This document shows, piece by piece, positions 39,160-48,690 of a stretch of 64,000 bases of DNA. Position numbers and translations under genes: made by a program. The notes beneath the pieces are model-generated. The model had not been told where the DNA came from. It did not search any database and saw only the letters and a program-made list of their open reading frames with translations. Source of the stretch: Clostridia bacterium (GTDB taxonomy: Bacteria; Bacillota; Clostridia; Christensenellales; QALW01); assembly GCA_045541035.1 (NCBI GenBank), contig JAZQII010000059.1, positions 899-64,898 of the forward strand, in the 5' to 3' direction. The first letter of the stretch is position 1, and each line of letters starts with the position of its first letter.

Positions 39160-40187
39160 CGATATTCTGCCCAAATGCGGTCACGTTCAACAGAACGGAT
39201 TCTGCGGAAAGCCTCAACAGTAATATCCCAAGTGCGCTGGGGATCTTGTGAAGCATAGTTATTGGACTGACCGCCCATATAACTCCAAGCCATAATTGTT
39301 CGTGCGCCTGCATCATATGCGGCTTCGGTACCGTGAATGATCTCTTCTTCGTAGCCTTTTTTGAAGCAATAACTTTGGATCCAAACGTTATGATCTTTAT
39401 TGAATTTTTTGCAAATATCAAGATTTTTCTTTGCACCTTTATAAACGCGCTCGTAAGGATCAACGGGGTTTGATGAATGCCAATAAGGATCGCAACCGAT
39501 GTTCTGAATGTTGGGAAGGCAACAAATTCTGTCAATAACGTCAAGATAAATACCGTGTTCAGCCTCAAGCATAACGCAAACAACGTTGTTCATGCCAAGT
39601 GAAGCGCTATAGGTGGTAATATCATCCAAATAATCAACGATAGTATCTGTGCGGAACTGTTCAACCTCTTCATCGGGGCGAAGGGGCATAGGATGACCGT
39701 ACTTTTCTTCAAAAAGCTTTTTGCATCTCGGGCAACAACAAGCATAAACTTCCTGACCTTCATCATCCTTGCGCTTGGGAATGTTAGGCTCATCCCACAT
39801 TAAAGTTTTTCCGCCTGCTTCACGAACTGCATCGATCCAGTTTTTAACAAATGTGCGGAATTCGGGACTGTTAAGGCAAGCGTGAACGGGCATCATTGTG
39901 CCGTTGCTTAAATACATATGTGCTTCGGGATGATAAGCAAGGAAGTGTGATTTATCTCCGGGAGGGCCTCCAAGACCCCAGTTATCAACCCAAACGTCAA
40001 GGCCGTTATCTTCGGTGATCTTGAAAATATCTTTCATAATTACGTTGTGTCTGTCCCAGTCGGTATGTGAGAACATATGCACAACGATATCCATATCTGC
40101 TTTTGCAATACGGCGCATATCCTCCTGAACGTGGGAGGGCATACGGTTACCGTGATAGGCAACACCTGTTTTTAATGAGCGTACCAT
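39138..40187 (-). CDS. Hypothetical TIM-barrel glycoside-hydrolase-like protein
   Basis: GVAYHG, WVDNWG, ACLNSPEFR, WDEP and CCCPRC..LF...YG motifs (GH42-like Cys cluster). Confidence 0.6.
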   Translation of the reverse strand: MVRSLKTGVAYHGNRMPSHVQEDMRRIAKADMDIVVHMFSHTDWDRHNVIMKDIFKITEDNGLDVWVDNWGLGGPPGDKSHFLAYHPEAHMYLSNGTMMPVHACLNSPEFRTFVKNWIDAVREAGGKTLMWDEPNIPKRKDDEGQEVYACCCPRCKKLFEEKYGHPMPLRPDEEVEQFRTDTIVDYLDDITTYSASLGMNNVVCVMLEAEHGIYLDVIDRICCLPNIQNIGCDPYWHSSNPVDPYERVYKGAKKNLDICKKFNKDHNVWIQSYCFKKGYEEEIIHGTEAAYDAGARTIMAWSYMGGQSNNYASQDPQRTWDITVEAFRRIRSVERDRIWAEYRKKFMDK

Positions 40188-40331
40188 AATAAAATCTCCT
40201 TTGTTTTTTTATTATTTTAACATATGCAAAAATTTTGAGTCAATAGTAAAATTTGCTAAAAATATAGTAATTTTTGCTCAATGTATGAAAGTATTGTTGG
40301 TGCAACTATAATTTTTAAAACTCAAAAAATA

Positions 40332-40355
40332 AAGGCTCTCATTTTTGAGAGCCTT
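40332..40355 (-). terminator. Terminator of the HAD gene
   Basis: AAGGCTCTCA/TGAGAGCCTT. Confidence 0.7.
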
Positions 40356-40360
40356 ATGTT

Positions 40361-41146
40361 TTATTCTATTCCTGCAATAACGCCAACGTCTTTTAAGATA
40401 TATTTGGGGCGGTAGGGGAATTTATCAAGATCGGAAACGCATGTTACGCCTGAAAGAACTAAAACAGTATCCATTTCCGTTTCGATGCCTGCGATAATAT
40501 CAGTATCCATTCTGTCACCGATAATTGCCGCGTCGATTCTGTGGCAGTTGAGTTTCTTTAATGCATGGCGCATCATAAGTGGGTTAGGCTTGCCAACGTA
40601 ATAGGCTTTTCTGCCCGTTGTAAGTTCGATGGGTGAGATCAAAGCACGACAAGCGGGGATAATTCCATCCTCAGAAGGATCAGTTAAATCGCTGTTTGTG
40701 CCGATAAGTTTGGCGCCGTTCATAACAAGACGTGATGCCTTTTCGATCTGCTCATAGTTAAGAGATTTTGTTGAGCCGAAAACAACGTAATCAGGATTAA
40801 TATCGTTCATTGTAAAGCCTGCTTCGTACATAGCGTAGGTAAGACCGGGCTCACCGATAACGTATGCACTGCCGCCGGGGCATTGACTTTTTAAAAAGCT
40901 TGCCGTTGCCTGAGCAGAAGTATAAAAATGTTCTTCACCAACGTTAAGCCCCATACGCTCCAATTTCTGCGCAAGTTCGCGGGGCGATCTGCCTGAGCCG
41001 TTAGTTAAAAAAAGATAATTTTTGTTATTTTCTTCAAGCCATGCAATAAAATCCTTAACATGGGGAATAAGTTCGTTGCCGTGATATATAACGCCGTCCA
41101 TATCGCATATGAAATTTTGTTTGTTGCGTAAAACCGAAAGATCCAT
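40361..41146 (-). CDS. nagD: HAD-IIA phosphatase (NagD-like)
   Basis: CDMDGVIY, FLTNG, GKPNP, IGDRMDTDI and LVLSGVT motifs. Confidence 0.88.
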   Translation of the reverse strand: MDLSVLRNKQNFICDMDGVIYHGNELIPHVKDFIAWLEENNKNYLFLTNGSGRSPRELAQKLERMGLNVGEEHFYTSAQATASFLKSQCPGGSAYVIGEPGLTYAMYEAGFTMNDINPDYVVFGSTKSLNYEQIEKASRLVMNGAKLIGTNSDLTDPSEDGIIPACRALISPIELTTGRKAYYVGKPNPLMMRHALKKLNCHRIDAAIIGDRMDTDIIAGIETEMDTVLVLSGVTCVSDLDKFPYRPKYILKDVGVIAGIE

Positions 41147-41287
41147 AATTTTGCCTACCTTTGTATTTTTTGTTATCTATATAATATCACAGTTGACAAA
41201 TTTTGTATATCAAATAATTTGTGATATTTATATTTACAATAAAACATAAAAATGTTAGAATATATCAAGAAAAGGGGGGACATATGT

Positions 41288-43021
41288 ATGTTAAATAAAC
41301 TTTGTTATGAACTCTTAAAAAAATGGTGTGATAAAATGGTTGAAATGCAAATAACTGAGCGCAACCATAAAGGTTTGTTTGGCGGTGTTTTATGTGAGTC
41401 CTGCGGATATATTCACGGCAGGTGTGCTGATGCTATATATCCGATGATTACTATGTACAGTAAAACAAAAGATGAAAAATATCTTAAATGTGCCGAAAAT
41501 CTTTTTTATTGGCAGAAAAATAACGTTAGAAGAAGTAGTGGCCTTAATATGAATGACACTTTTAATACTTGGTATGGTGTAACTGAGTTTTATCAAATAT
41601 CATTGGGACTTACACTTTTAACGCATAAAGATGTTATCCCTGAAGAAATTTATAATTTATGGTATGATGACTTTTTTTCTGTAACGGAATCTATTTATAA
41701 GATGCCCCTGTTTATTTACCGAAAAGGCACTACCGTAGCAACAAATTACCTTGTAGCGTATCCCACTTCGATGGCGGTTGCTTATAAAGTTATTGGTGAT
41801 GAAAAATATAAAAGGGAGGCTATTGATCAAGAAGAAAAAATATTGGAATCTATATCGGAAGACGGGCATTTTTACGGTGAAGCAGGCGGGTTAAGGTGTA
41901 CGGAAAAAGGCCATAAAAATATTGATCTTGGCTATAATGCAGAAGAATCTATTGGGAATTTTGCCCTCTATGCAAAACTTCTTGATCGTGAAGAAATTTT
42001 GAAAATTTGTGCTGAACTTTTAAGAAAATCAGCAGAGTTTATGTTGCCTGACGGTGCATGGGATAACTCTTGGGGATCACGTGCGGTTAAATGGACATAT
42101 TATGGAAGCAGAACATCTGATGGTTCACATTTTGCTTTTAGAATTCTTGCTGATTATGATCCTATGTTTTATGAAATGTGTTTAAGATACACGCTTTTAA
42201 TGAAGGAAATGACTTTTGATGGGTTGCTTTCAGGCGGCAAAATGTATAAAGAGGCGGAAATGGCACCTTGTGTTCACCATGCTTTTGCTCATGCAAAAAC
42301 ATTGGCATACGTCGTTGATAATCCATTTAAAAAGCAGGAAAGAAATTTAATTCCGCAGGATAGCGAATATGGCTTTAAAAATCTGGAAAGTGCAGGTGTA
42401 ACGTTAGTTTCTATCGGCGATTTCCGCGGAACAATGTCTGCAACATCTTTGAAGTTTGATGCTAATCAAACTATATCGGGCGGAAGCATAACCTGCCTTT
42501 ATAATTTAAATTACGGTGTGATTTTTTTATCAAACGGAAGAAAGTTTGTAAATGGCGAACCTACAAATATGCAGATACACTACGATGTTTATAACGACAC
42601 TTGTCAAACATTGCGTATTGATAATGGTGAGTTTTCATCAATGCTTTGTCTTGATGCAGAAACCACTGTTGATGATAACATTTATGCGGTAAAAGGAAAA
42701 CTAACTAATTTTTCAGGGCAGACTTCGGGTGAATATCAATTATCTTACGCATTTTTTAAGGATACTGTAAAAATCACGGCAAAAGGGAAGGGTGTTTTGC
42801 AGGTACCTATTGTATGCGCATACGATAGGGAAGTTAAACTTGCTGATAATACAGTTTCTTTTGATAATGTTATTGTTTCGGCAAATAAAAAGATTAATTT
42901 CAGAGAAGGCTATTATAAGAACAGAATCTTTAATCCTGTAGGCGGATTTGCAACGTTGCCCTTATATATTGATTTAAAAGATGAAAATAATGTGGAAATT
43001 TCAATAAAAGTTACACCTTAA
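41288..43021 (+). CDS. Hypothetical protein, probable alpha/alpha-toroid plus beta-sandwich carbohydrate-active enzyme
   Basis: 589-aa track ORF with start moved to ATG 41288. HGRCADAIYP, DLGYNAEES and GAWDNSWGSR..KWTYYGSRTSDG motifs; no family recognised with confidence. Confidence 0.55.
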   Translation: MLNKLCYELLKKWCDKMVEMQITERNHKGLFGGVLCESCGYIHGRCADAIYPMITMYSKTKDEKYLKCAENLFYWQKNNVRRSSGLNMNDTFNTWYGVTEFYQISLGLTLLTHKDVIPEEIYNLWYDDFFSVTESIYKMPLFIYRKGTTVATNYLVAYPTSMAVAYKVIGDEKYKREAIDQEEKILESISEDGHFYGEAGGLRCTEKGHKNIDLGYNAEESIGNFALYAKLLDREEILKICAELLRKSAEFMLPDGAWDNSWGSRAVKWTYYGSRTSDGSHFAFRILADYDPMFYEMCLRYTLLMKEMTFDGLLSGGKMYKEAEMAPCVHHAFAHAKTLAYVVDNPFKKQERNLIPQDSEYGFKNLESAGVTLVSIGDFRGTMSATSLKFDANQTISGGSITCLYNLNYGVIFLSNGRKFVNGEPTNMQIHYDVYNDTCQTLRIDNGEFSSMLCLDAETTVDDNIYAVKGKLTNFSGQTSGEYQLSYAFFKDTVKITAKGKGVLQVPIVCAYDREVKLADNTVSFDNVIVSANKKINFREGYYKNRIFNPVGGFATLPLYIDLKDENNVEISIKVTP

Positions 43022-43022
43022 A

Positions 43023-43051
43023 TTGACAATACCACAATTAAATGTTATAAT
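43023..43051 (+). promoter_or_regulatory. SigA promoter of metY-metA
   Basis: TTGACA-17 bp-TATAAT with TG extension; leader is only about 30 nt. Confidence 0.75.
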
Positions 43052-43082
43052 TTTTACAAATAATTTTAAGTAGGTGAAAACC

Positions 43083-44369
43083 ATGAAAGAAACAAGAATT
43101 GAAACTAAATGTATCCAGGCGGGTTACGTTCCCGGTAACGGTGAACCAAGGCAGATTCCCATTGTTCAAAGCACTACTTTTAAGTATGATACAAGTGAAG
43201 ATATGGGTAAACTTTTTGACCTTGAAGCCAGCGGATATTTTTATACAAGATTACAAAATCCCACCAACGATTACGTTGCAGGCAAAATAGCCGCACTTGA
43301 AGGCGGTACTGCCGCAATGCTTACTTCATCAGGTCAGGCAGCAAATTTTTATGCAGTATTTAATATTGCTAACTGTGGCGATCACGTTGTTTGCGCATCA
43401 ACTGTCTACGGCGGAACTTTTAACCTTTTCTCCGTTACGATGAAGAAAATGGGCATTGATTTTACTTTTGTTTCACCTTATTGCACCGATGAAGAGCTTG
43501 AGGCAGCCTTTAAGCCTAACACCAAGGCAGTTTTCGGTGAAACCATTGCAAACCCTGCACTTGTTGTTTTAGATATTGAGCGCTTTGCAAAAGCCGCACA
43601 TTCACACGGTGTTCCGTTAATTATTGATAACACCTTTGCAACACCTTATCTTTGCCGTCCCTTTGAGTTCGGTGCTGACATCGTAACACACTCAACAACA
43701 AAGTATATGGACGGTCATGGCGCCGCAGTTGGCGGTTGTATCGTTGACAGCGGCAAATTTGATTGGAATAAGTATGCCGATAAATTCCCAGGTCTTACAA
43801 CTCCTGATGACAGTTATCACGGCGTAACTTATACTGAACGCTTTGGCTTGGAAGGCGCGTTTATCACAAAGGCAACTGCACAGCTTATGCGCGATTTTGG
43901 ATCAATTCAGTCGCCGCAGAACGCATTTTTATTAAACTTAGGTCTTGAAAGCCTTCACGTTAGAATGGAAAGACATTCTTCTAACGCGCTTAAAATTGCA
44001 CAGTTCTTAAAAAATCATCCTCTTATTTCTTGGGTAAAATATTCAGGTCTTGAAGGGGATAAGGATTATGACCTTGCAATGAAGTATCTTCCAAAAGGTC
44101 AGTGCGGTGTAGTAAGTTTCGGTGTTAAGGGCGGAAGAAAAGCCGCTGAAGCATTTATGAAAGAGTTAAAACTTTGCTCAATCGAAACTCACGTTGCCGA
44201 TGCGCGTACTTGTTGCTTGCATCCTGCTTCTGCAACACACCGTCAGATGAACGATGAAGAACTTGTTGCCGCAGGTGTTTCACCTGATCTTATTCGTCTT
44301 TCAGTTGGCATCGAAAATGCCGATGATCTTATTGAAGATCTAGATCAGGCACTTAATACTTTAAATTAA
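43083..44369 (+). CDS. metY: O-acetylhomoserine sulfhydrylase
   Basis: [28 protein letters not shown] (PLP Lys) and IRLSVGIE motifs. Confidence 0.93.
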   Translation: MKETRIETKCIQAGYVPGNGEPRQIPIVQSTTFKYDTSEDMGKLFDLEASGYFYTRLQNPTNDYVAGKIAALEGGTAAMLTSSGQAANFYAVFNIANCGDHVVCASTVYGGTFNLFSVTMKKMGIDFTFVSPYCTDEELEAAFKPNTKAVFGETIANPALVVLDIERFAKAAHSHGVPLIIDNTFATPYLCRPFEFGADIVTHSTTKYMDGHGAAVGGCIVDSGKFDWNKYADKFPGLTTPDDSYHGVTYTERFGLEGAFITKATAQLMRDFGSIQSPQNAFLLNLGLESLHVRMERHSSNALKIAQFLKNHPLISWVKYSGLEGDKDYDLAMKYLPKGQCGVVSFGVKGGRKAAEAFMKELKLCSIETHVADARTCCLHPASATHRQMNDEELVAAGVSPDLIRLSVGIENADDLIEDLDQALNTLN

Positions 44370-44379
44370 GGAGAATTTT

Positions 44380-45300
44380 ATGCCGATTAAAATCCCCAAT
44401 GCGCTTCCTGCAACGGAAACGCTTTTGAGTGAAAATATTTTCGTTATGACGGAAACCCGCGCGCTTTCCCAGGATATAAGACCTTTAAAAATATTGCTTT
44501 TAAATCTTATGCCCACTAAAGTTGAAACGGAAACGCAACTTGCCCGTCTTTTAGGTAACACACCCTTGCAGGTGGAACTTGAACTTATCCACACAAGTAC
44601 CCATGAATCTAAAAACGTTTCAAAGGAGCATCTCTTGGCTTTTTATAAGACTTTTAAGGATGTTAAGCATAATCATTATGACGGCATGATCATTACCGGT
44701 GCTCCCGTTGAAAAAATGCCCTTTGAAGAGGTTGAATATTGGGAAGAGCTTTGTGAAATAATGGAGTGGACAAAAACTCACGTTACAAGCACCTTCCATA
44801 TTTGCTGGGGCGCACAGGCAGGGCTTTATTACCATTTCGGAATAAACAAATATCCTTTAAAAGAAAAGATGTTTGGTGTATTTCCGCATATTGTTGAAAG
44901 ACGTTCTTCTATGCTTTTCCGCGGTGCTGACGATGTATTTATGGTTCCGCATTCGAGACATACGGAAGTTAAAAGGGAAGATATTGAAAAGGTGCCTGAG
45001 TTAAGAATTTTGGCTACAAGTGAGGAAGCGGGAATATATGCTCTTGCTACCGATTCGGGCAAACAGATATTTATTACGGGCCATTCCGAGTACGATCCCG
45101 ATACTCTTAAAAAAGAATATATGCGCGATAAAAATCTTGGTCTTGAAATAAAGGTTCCCAAAAACTACTTCCCTAATGATGATGATACTTTGGATCCTCT
45201 TGTTTCCTGGAGAAGCCACGCAAATTTAATTTATTCCAATTGGCTTAACTATTATGTTTATCAGGTTACACCTTACGAAATATCGAAAGATGAAGAATAA
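44380..45300 (+). CDS. metA: Homoserine O-acyltransferase (HTS family, predicted acetyl-specific)
   Basis: [27 protein letters not shown] and TGHSEYD motifs. Confidence 0.95.
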   Translation: MPIKIPNALPATETLLSENIFVMTETRALSQDIRPLKILLLNLMPTKVETETQLARLLGNTPLQVELELIHTSTHESKNVSKEHLLAFYKTFKDVKHNHYDGMIITGAPVEKMPFEEVEYWEELCEIMEWTKTHVTSTFHICWGAQAGLYYHFGINKYPLKEKMFGVFPHIVERRSSMLFRGADDVFMVPHSRHTEVKREDIEKVPELRILATSEEAGIYALATDSGKQIFITGHSEYDPDTLKKEYMRDKNLGLEIKVPKNYFPNDDDTLDPLVSWRSHANLIYSNWLNYYVYQVTPYEISKDEE

Positions 45301-45307
45301 TTTATTT

Positions 45308-45333
45308 AAACGCAGTTTTTTTACTGCGTTTTT
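45308..45333 (+). terminator. Intrinsic terminator
   Basis: AAACGCAGT/ACTGCGTTT plus T run. Confidence 0.75.
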
Positions 45334-45364
45334 ATATTTTTTTATAAAAAAAGTGCAAAAGTCT

Positions 45365-45393
45365 TTGACTTTATCGCTTTAGTGTGCTACAAT
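45365..45393 (+). promoter_or_regulatory. SigA promoter of yerC-his operon, overlapped by an imperfect palindrome
   Basis: TTGACT-17 bp-TACAAT (TG extension); GACTTTA-tcgctt-TAGTGTG overlaps the -35 and spacer. Confidence 0.6.
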
Positions 45394-45425
45394 GTGAAAA
45401 AATAAAAGAAACGGACGGTTTTTAA

Positions 45426-45719
45426 ATGAAAAAACTTGATAAAAATGCACTTGAAAATTTTTATAAGGCAATTCTTTTAATTGAGAACGTTGAAGAATGT
45501 GAAAACTTTTTCAACGATATTTGCACTATTCAGGAACTTGAAGCCATTGCACAGCGTTTTGACGTTGCACAAAAACTTATCGAAGGCAAAGTTTATACTG
45601 AAATAAGTAATGAAACGGGGGCAAGTACCGCAACCGTATGCAGGGTAAACCGTTGCATTAAATACGGTAACGGCGGATATAAGACCATAATCGACAGATT
45701 GGAGAAGTCAGATGATTAA
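45426..45719 (+). CDS. yerC: TrpR-like YerC/YecD regulator (HisR-type)
   Basis: FFNDICTIQELEAIAQRF and ETGASTATVCRVNRC..YGNGGY motifs. Confidence 0.9.
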   Translation: MKKLDKNALENFYKAILLIENVEECENFFNDICTIQELEAIAQRFDVAQKLIEGKVYTEISNETGASTATVCRVNRCIKYGNGGYKTIIDRLEKSDD

Positions 45720-46791
45720 CGAATCTCTCTTAAAGAACGAAGAACTTGCAGTATATAAACTTCGTTCCTTATATTCAAAATACGGATACACTCAATATAA
45801 GATGAGTAAGTTTGAAGAGTATGATCTTTACGTAAGAAACAAGGATTTTCTTATTTCGGATAGGGTAATCACCTTTACCGATACAAATGGAAAACTTCTT
45901 GCTTTAAAACCTGACGTAACTCTTTCAATTATAAATCATCTTGGAAATTCAGAAATAGAAAAACTTTATTATAATGAAAACGTTTACCGCGTTTCAGGGG
46001 AATCACACCGTTTTAAGGAAATCATGCAAACGGGCCTTGAATGCGTTGGTAATATCGGTATTTATGAAATTGCTGAAGTTACGGCCCTTGCAGTCAAAAG
46101 TCTTGAAATGATTGATGAAAATTATCAACTCGATATTTCTCATGCAGGCTTTGTTGAAGCAATTTTAAAGGAAAATGATTTTTCTGAAGACCTTTTAAAG
46201 AAAATAGGCGAATTTATTGCCATTAAAAATGAGGGCGCAGTTACAAAACTTTTAAAAGACGGATATATCAATGAAAAGCAGGCAAATGTTTTATATGCTT
46301 TAATGAAGAATTATTCCGATATTTCCCAAATTAAAATAGAAATTACATCATTTGAAGCACAAAAAGCATTTGACGAGTTTAAGTCGGTGCTTGATACTTT
46401 AAATGGACTAAAGTTAGATGAGAAGGTAAGTATCAACTTCTCACTTGCAAACAACATGCGCTACTATTCGGGCATCGTGTTTAAAGGCTACGTTAAGGGC
46501 ATTCCAACAGGTGTTCTTTCCGGCGGTCAATACGATTCTTTAATGAAAAAGTTAAAGAAAAATGCAAGTGCCATCGGCTTTGCGGTGTATATGGATAGTT
46601 TTGAACGGCTTAACGTTTCCGCACCTGAATTTGACGTGGATATTCTTCTTATTGCCAAAAATGAAGATCCTAAAACAATTCTTGAATGTGTTGAAAAACT
46701 TTCCCAAAATGGCGAAACCGTACTTGTAAGAAAAGATATTCCCGAAAAATTAAAGTATAAAAAAATTATGGAAATAAAGGAGATAATCTGA
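45712..46791 (+). CDS. hisZ: ATP phosphoribosyltransferase regulatory subunit
   Basis: LALKPDVT, YYNENVYR, YYSGIVF and GGQYD motifs (HisRS-like fold). Confidence 0.9.
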   Translation: MINESLLKNEELAVYKLRSLYSKYGYTQYKMSKFEEYDLYVRNKDFLISDRVITFTDTNGKLLALKPDVTLSIINHLGNSEIEKLYYNENVYRVSGESHRFKEIMQTGLECVGNIGIYEIAEVTALAVKSLEMIDENYQLDISHAGFVEAILKENDFSEDLLKKIGEFIAIKNEGAVTKLLKDGYINEKQANVLYALMKNYSDISQIKIEITSFEAQKAFDEFKSVLDTLNGLKLDEKVSINFSLANNMRYYSGIVFKGYVKGIPTGVLSGGQYDSLMKKLKKNASAIGFAVYMDSFERLNVSAPEFDVDILLIAKNEDPKTILECVEKLSQNGETVLVRKDIPEKLKYKKIMEIKEII

Positions 46792-47423
46792 TGCTTAACG
46801 TTGCATTACCTAAGGGCAGACTTGGCGAAAAGGTTTACGATCTTTTTGAAAAAGCAGGTTATGAATGTGATTCAATAAAAGAGAATAACCGCCGTCTTAC
46901 CTTTGAAAACCCCGAAAAAGGCATAAGATATTTCTGGGTAAAGCCGTCAGACGTTTCCATTTACGTTGAGCGCGGTGCCGCTGATATCGGCGTTGCAGGA
47001 AAGGATATTCTTCTTGAGTATGAGCCTGACGTTTATGAACTTTTAGATCTTAACATGGGCAAGTGCCGTATGGCTGTTGCCGCACCTAAAGGTTTTAGGG
47101 ATAACACCGCAACAACCTTGCGCGTTGCCACCAAGTTTTCAAATATTGCCGCAAAACACTATCAGTTAAAGGCAAGAGATATAGATATTATTCACCTTAA
47201 CGGCTCTATTGAACTTGCACCTATTTTAGGTCTTTCCGATGTTATTGTGGATATTGTTGAAACGGGCAAGACCTTATTGGAAAACGGACTTGAACCCTAT
47301 GAAGATATTGTTGATATAAGCGCGCGTCTTATAGCAAATAAGGCAAGTTACGGCTTTAAAATTGATAAGATCAATGATATAAAGACTAAATTACAACAAA
47401 TTGTGGAGAGCAAAAATGATTAA
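46791..47423 (+). CDS. hisG: ATP phosphoribosyltransferase, short form
   Basis: ALPKGRL, DIGVAGKD, VATKF, GSIELAP and DIVETG motifs. Confidence 0.96.
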   Translation: MLNVALPKGRLGEKVYDLFEKAGYECDSIKENNRRLTFENPEKGIRYFWVKPSDVSIYVERGAADIGVAGKDILLEYEPDVYELLDLNMGKCRMAVAAPKGFRDNTATTLRVATKFSNIAAKHYQLKARDIDIIHLNGSIELAPILGLSDVIVDIVETGKTLLENGLEPYEDIVDISARLIANKASYGFKIDKINDIKTKLQQIVESKND

Positions 47424-48690
47424 GATTTTTAAATACGGCGAAGTTTCCAATGATGAGATATTTGCACGAAATAACCCTACGGGCGACGTTTCATCTATCG
47501 TTAAAGATATTATAGAAAACGTAAAAGTCAATGGGGACAAGGCATTAAAGGAATATTCCCAAAAATTTGATAAGGCTGAATTAACAAACATCGAAGTTAC
47601 AGAAGATGAGATCAACGAAGCATTTTCTATCGTTGAGCCTGAATTTATCCGCATTTTAAAAGATGCGGCAGAAAATATCAGAAAATTCCATTCATGCCAG
47701 AAAAGAAACAGTTTTATTATAAACGATACTGAAGGTGTTGTGGTGGGGCAAAAAGTTGTTCCCATTGAAAAAGTCGGTCTTTACGTGCCCGGCGGAACGG
47801 CAGCATATCCTTCCACAGTTTTAATGGATTCAATTCCTGCAAAGATCGCAGGTTGCAAGGAAATATGCATTACTACACCTCCTTCAAAGGACGGCAAAGT
47901 AAATCCCGTAATTCTTGCGGCGGCAAAGATCGCAGGGGTTGACAGAATATTTAAAGTCGGCGGTGCGCAGGCAGTTGCGGCGCTTGCTTACGGCACGGAA
48001 ACCGTTACAAAAGTTGATAAGATAGTTGGCCCCGGTAACGCCTTTGTTGCTGAAGCCAAACGTCAGGTTTTCGGAATGGTTGATATTGATATGATTGCAG
48101 GTCCCAGCGAGATTCTTGTTGTTGCTGACGGAAAAAGCAATGCATCTTTTGTTGCGGCAGACCTTCTTTCTCAGGCTGAACACGATAAAAATGCAAGCGC
48201 AGTTCTCGTTACCGAAAGCATGGAACTTGCCCAAAATGTTCAAAAAGAAATTGAAAATCAACTTGAAAAACTTGAAAGATTTGAAATTGCAAGAGCGTCT
48301 ATTGATAATAACGGCAAGATAATCGTCGCACCCGATATAAAATATGCAATCGAAATTGCCAATGAGATCGCACCTGAACATCTTGAACTTTGTGTTGACG
48401 ATCCGTTCAGTCTTCTTGACGGCGTTAAGCATGCAGGAAGCGTATTTATGGGAAGATACTGTCCCGAAGCCTTGGGCGATTATTTTGCAGGACCTAACCA
48501 TACACTTCCCACAAGCGGTACGGCAAGATTTTCAAGCCCTCTTTCCGTTGAAGATTTTGTTAAAACTATACAATATTCCTATTATACCGAATCGGCACTT
48601 AAAAAAGTTGCGGAAGACGTTTTCTATTTTGCAAATAAGGAAGGTTTAGGCGCCCACGCCAACAGCGCAGTTATAAGGACGAGAAAATGA
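47416..48690 (+). CDS. hisD: Histidinol dehydrogenase
   Basis: GLYVPGG, KIVGPGN, DMIAGPSE, SQAEHD, APEHLE and GDYFAGPNHTLPT motifs. Start at ATG 47416. Confidence 0.97.
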   Translation: MIKIFKYGEVSNDEIFARNNPTGDVSSIVKDIIENVKVNGDKALKEYSQKFDKAELTNIEVTEDEINEAFSIVEPEFIRILKDAAENIRKFHSCQKRNSFIINDTEGVVVGQKVVPIEKVGLYVPGGTAAYPSTVLMDSIPAKIAGCKEICITTPPSKDGKVNPVILAAAKIAGVDRIFKVGGAQAVAALAYGTETVTKVDKIVGPGNAFVAEAKRQVFGMVDIDMIAGPSEILVVADGKSNASFVAADLLSQAEHDKNASAVLVTESMELAQNVQKEIENQLEKLERFEIARASIDNNGKIIVAPDIKYAIEIANEIAPEHLELCVDDPFSLLDGVKHAGSVFMGRYCPEALGDYFAGPNHTLPTSGTARFSSPLSVEDFVKTIQYSYYTESALKKVAEDVFYFANKEGLGAHANSAVIRTRK

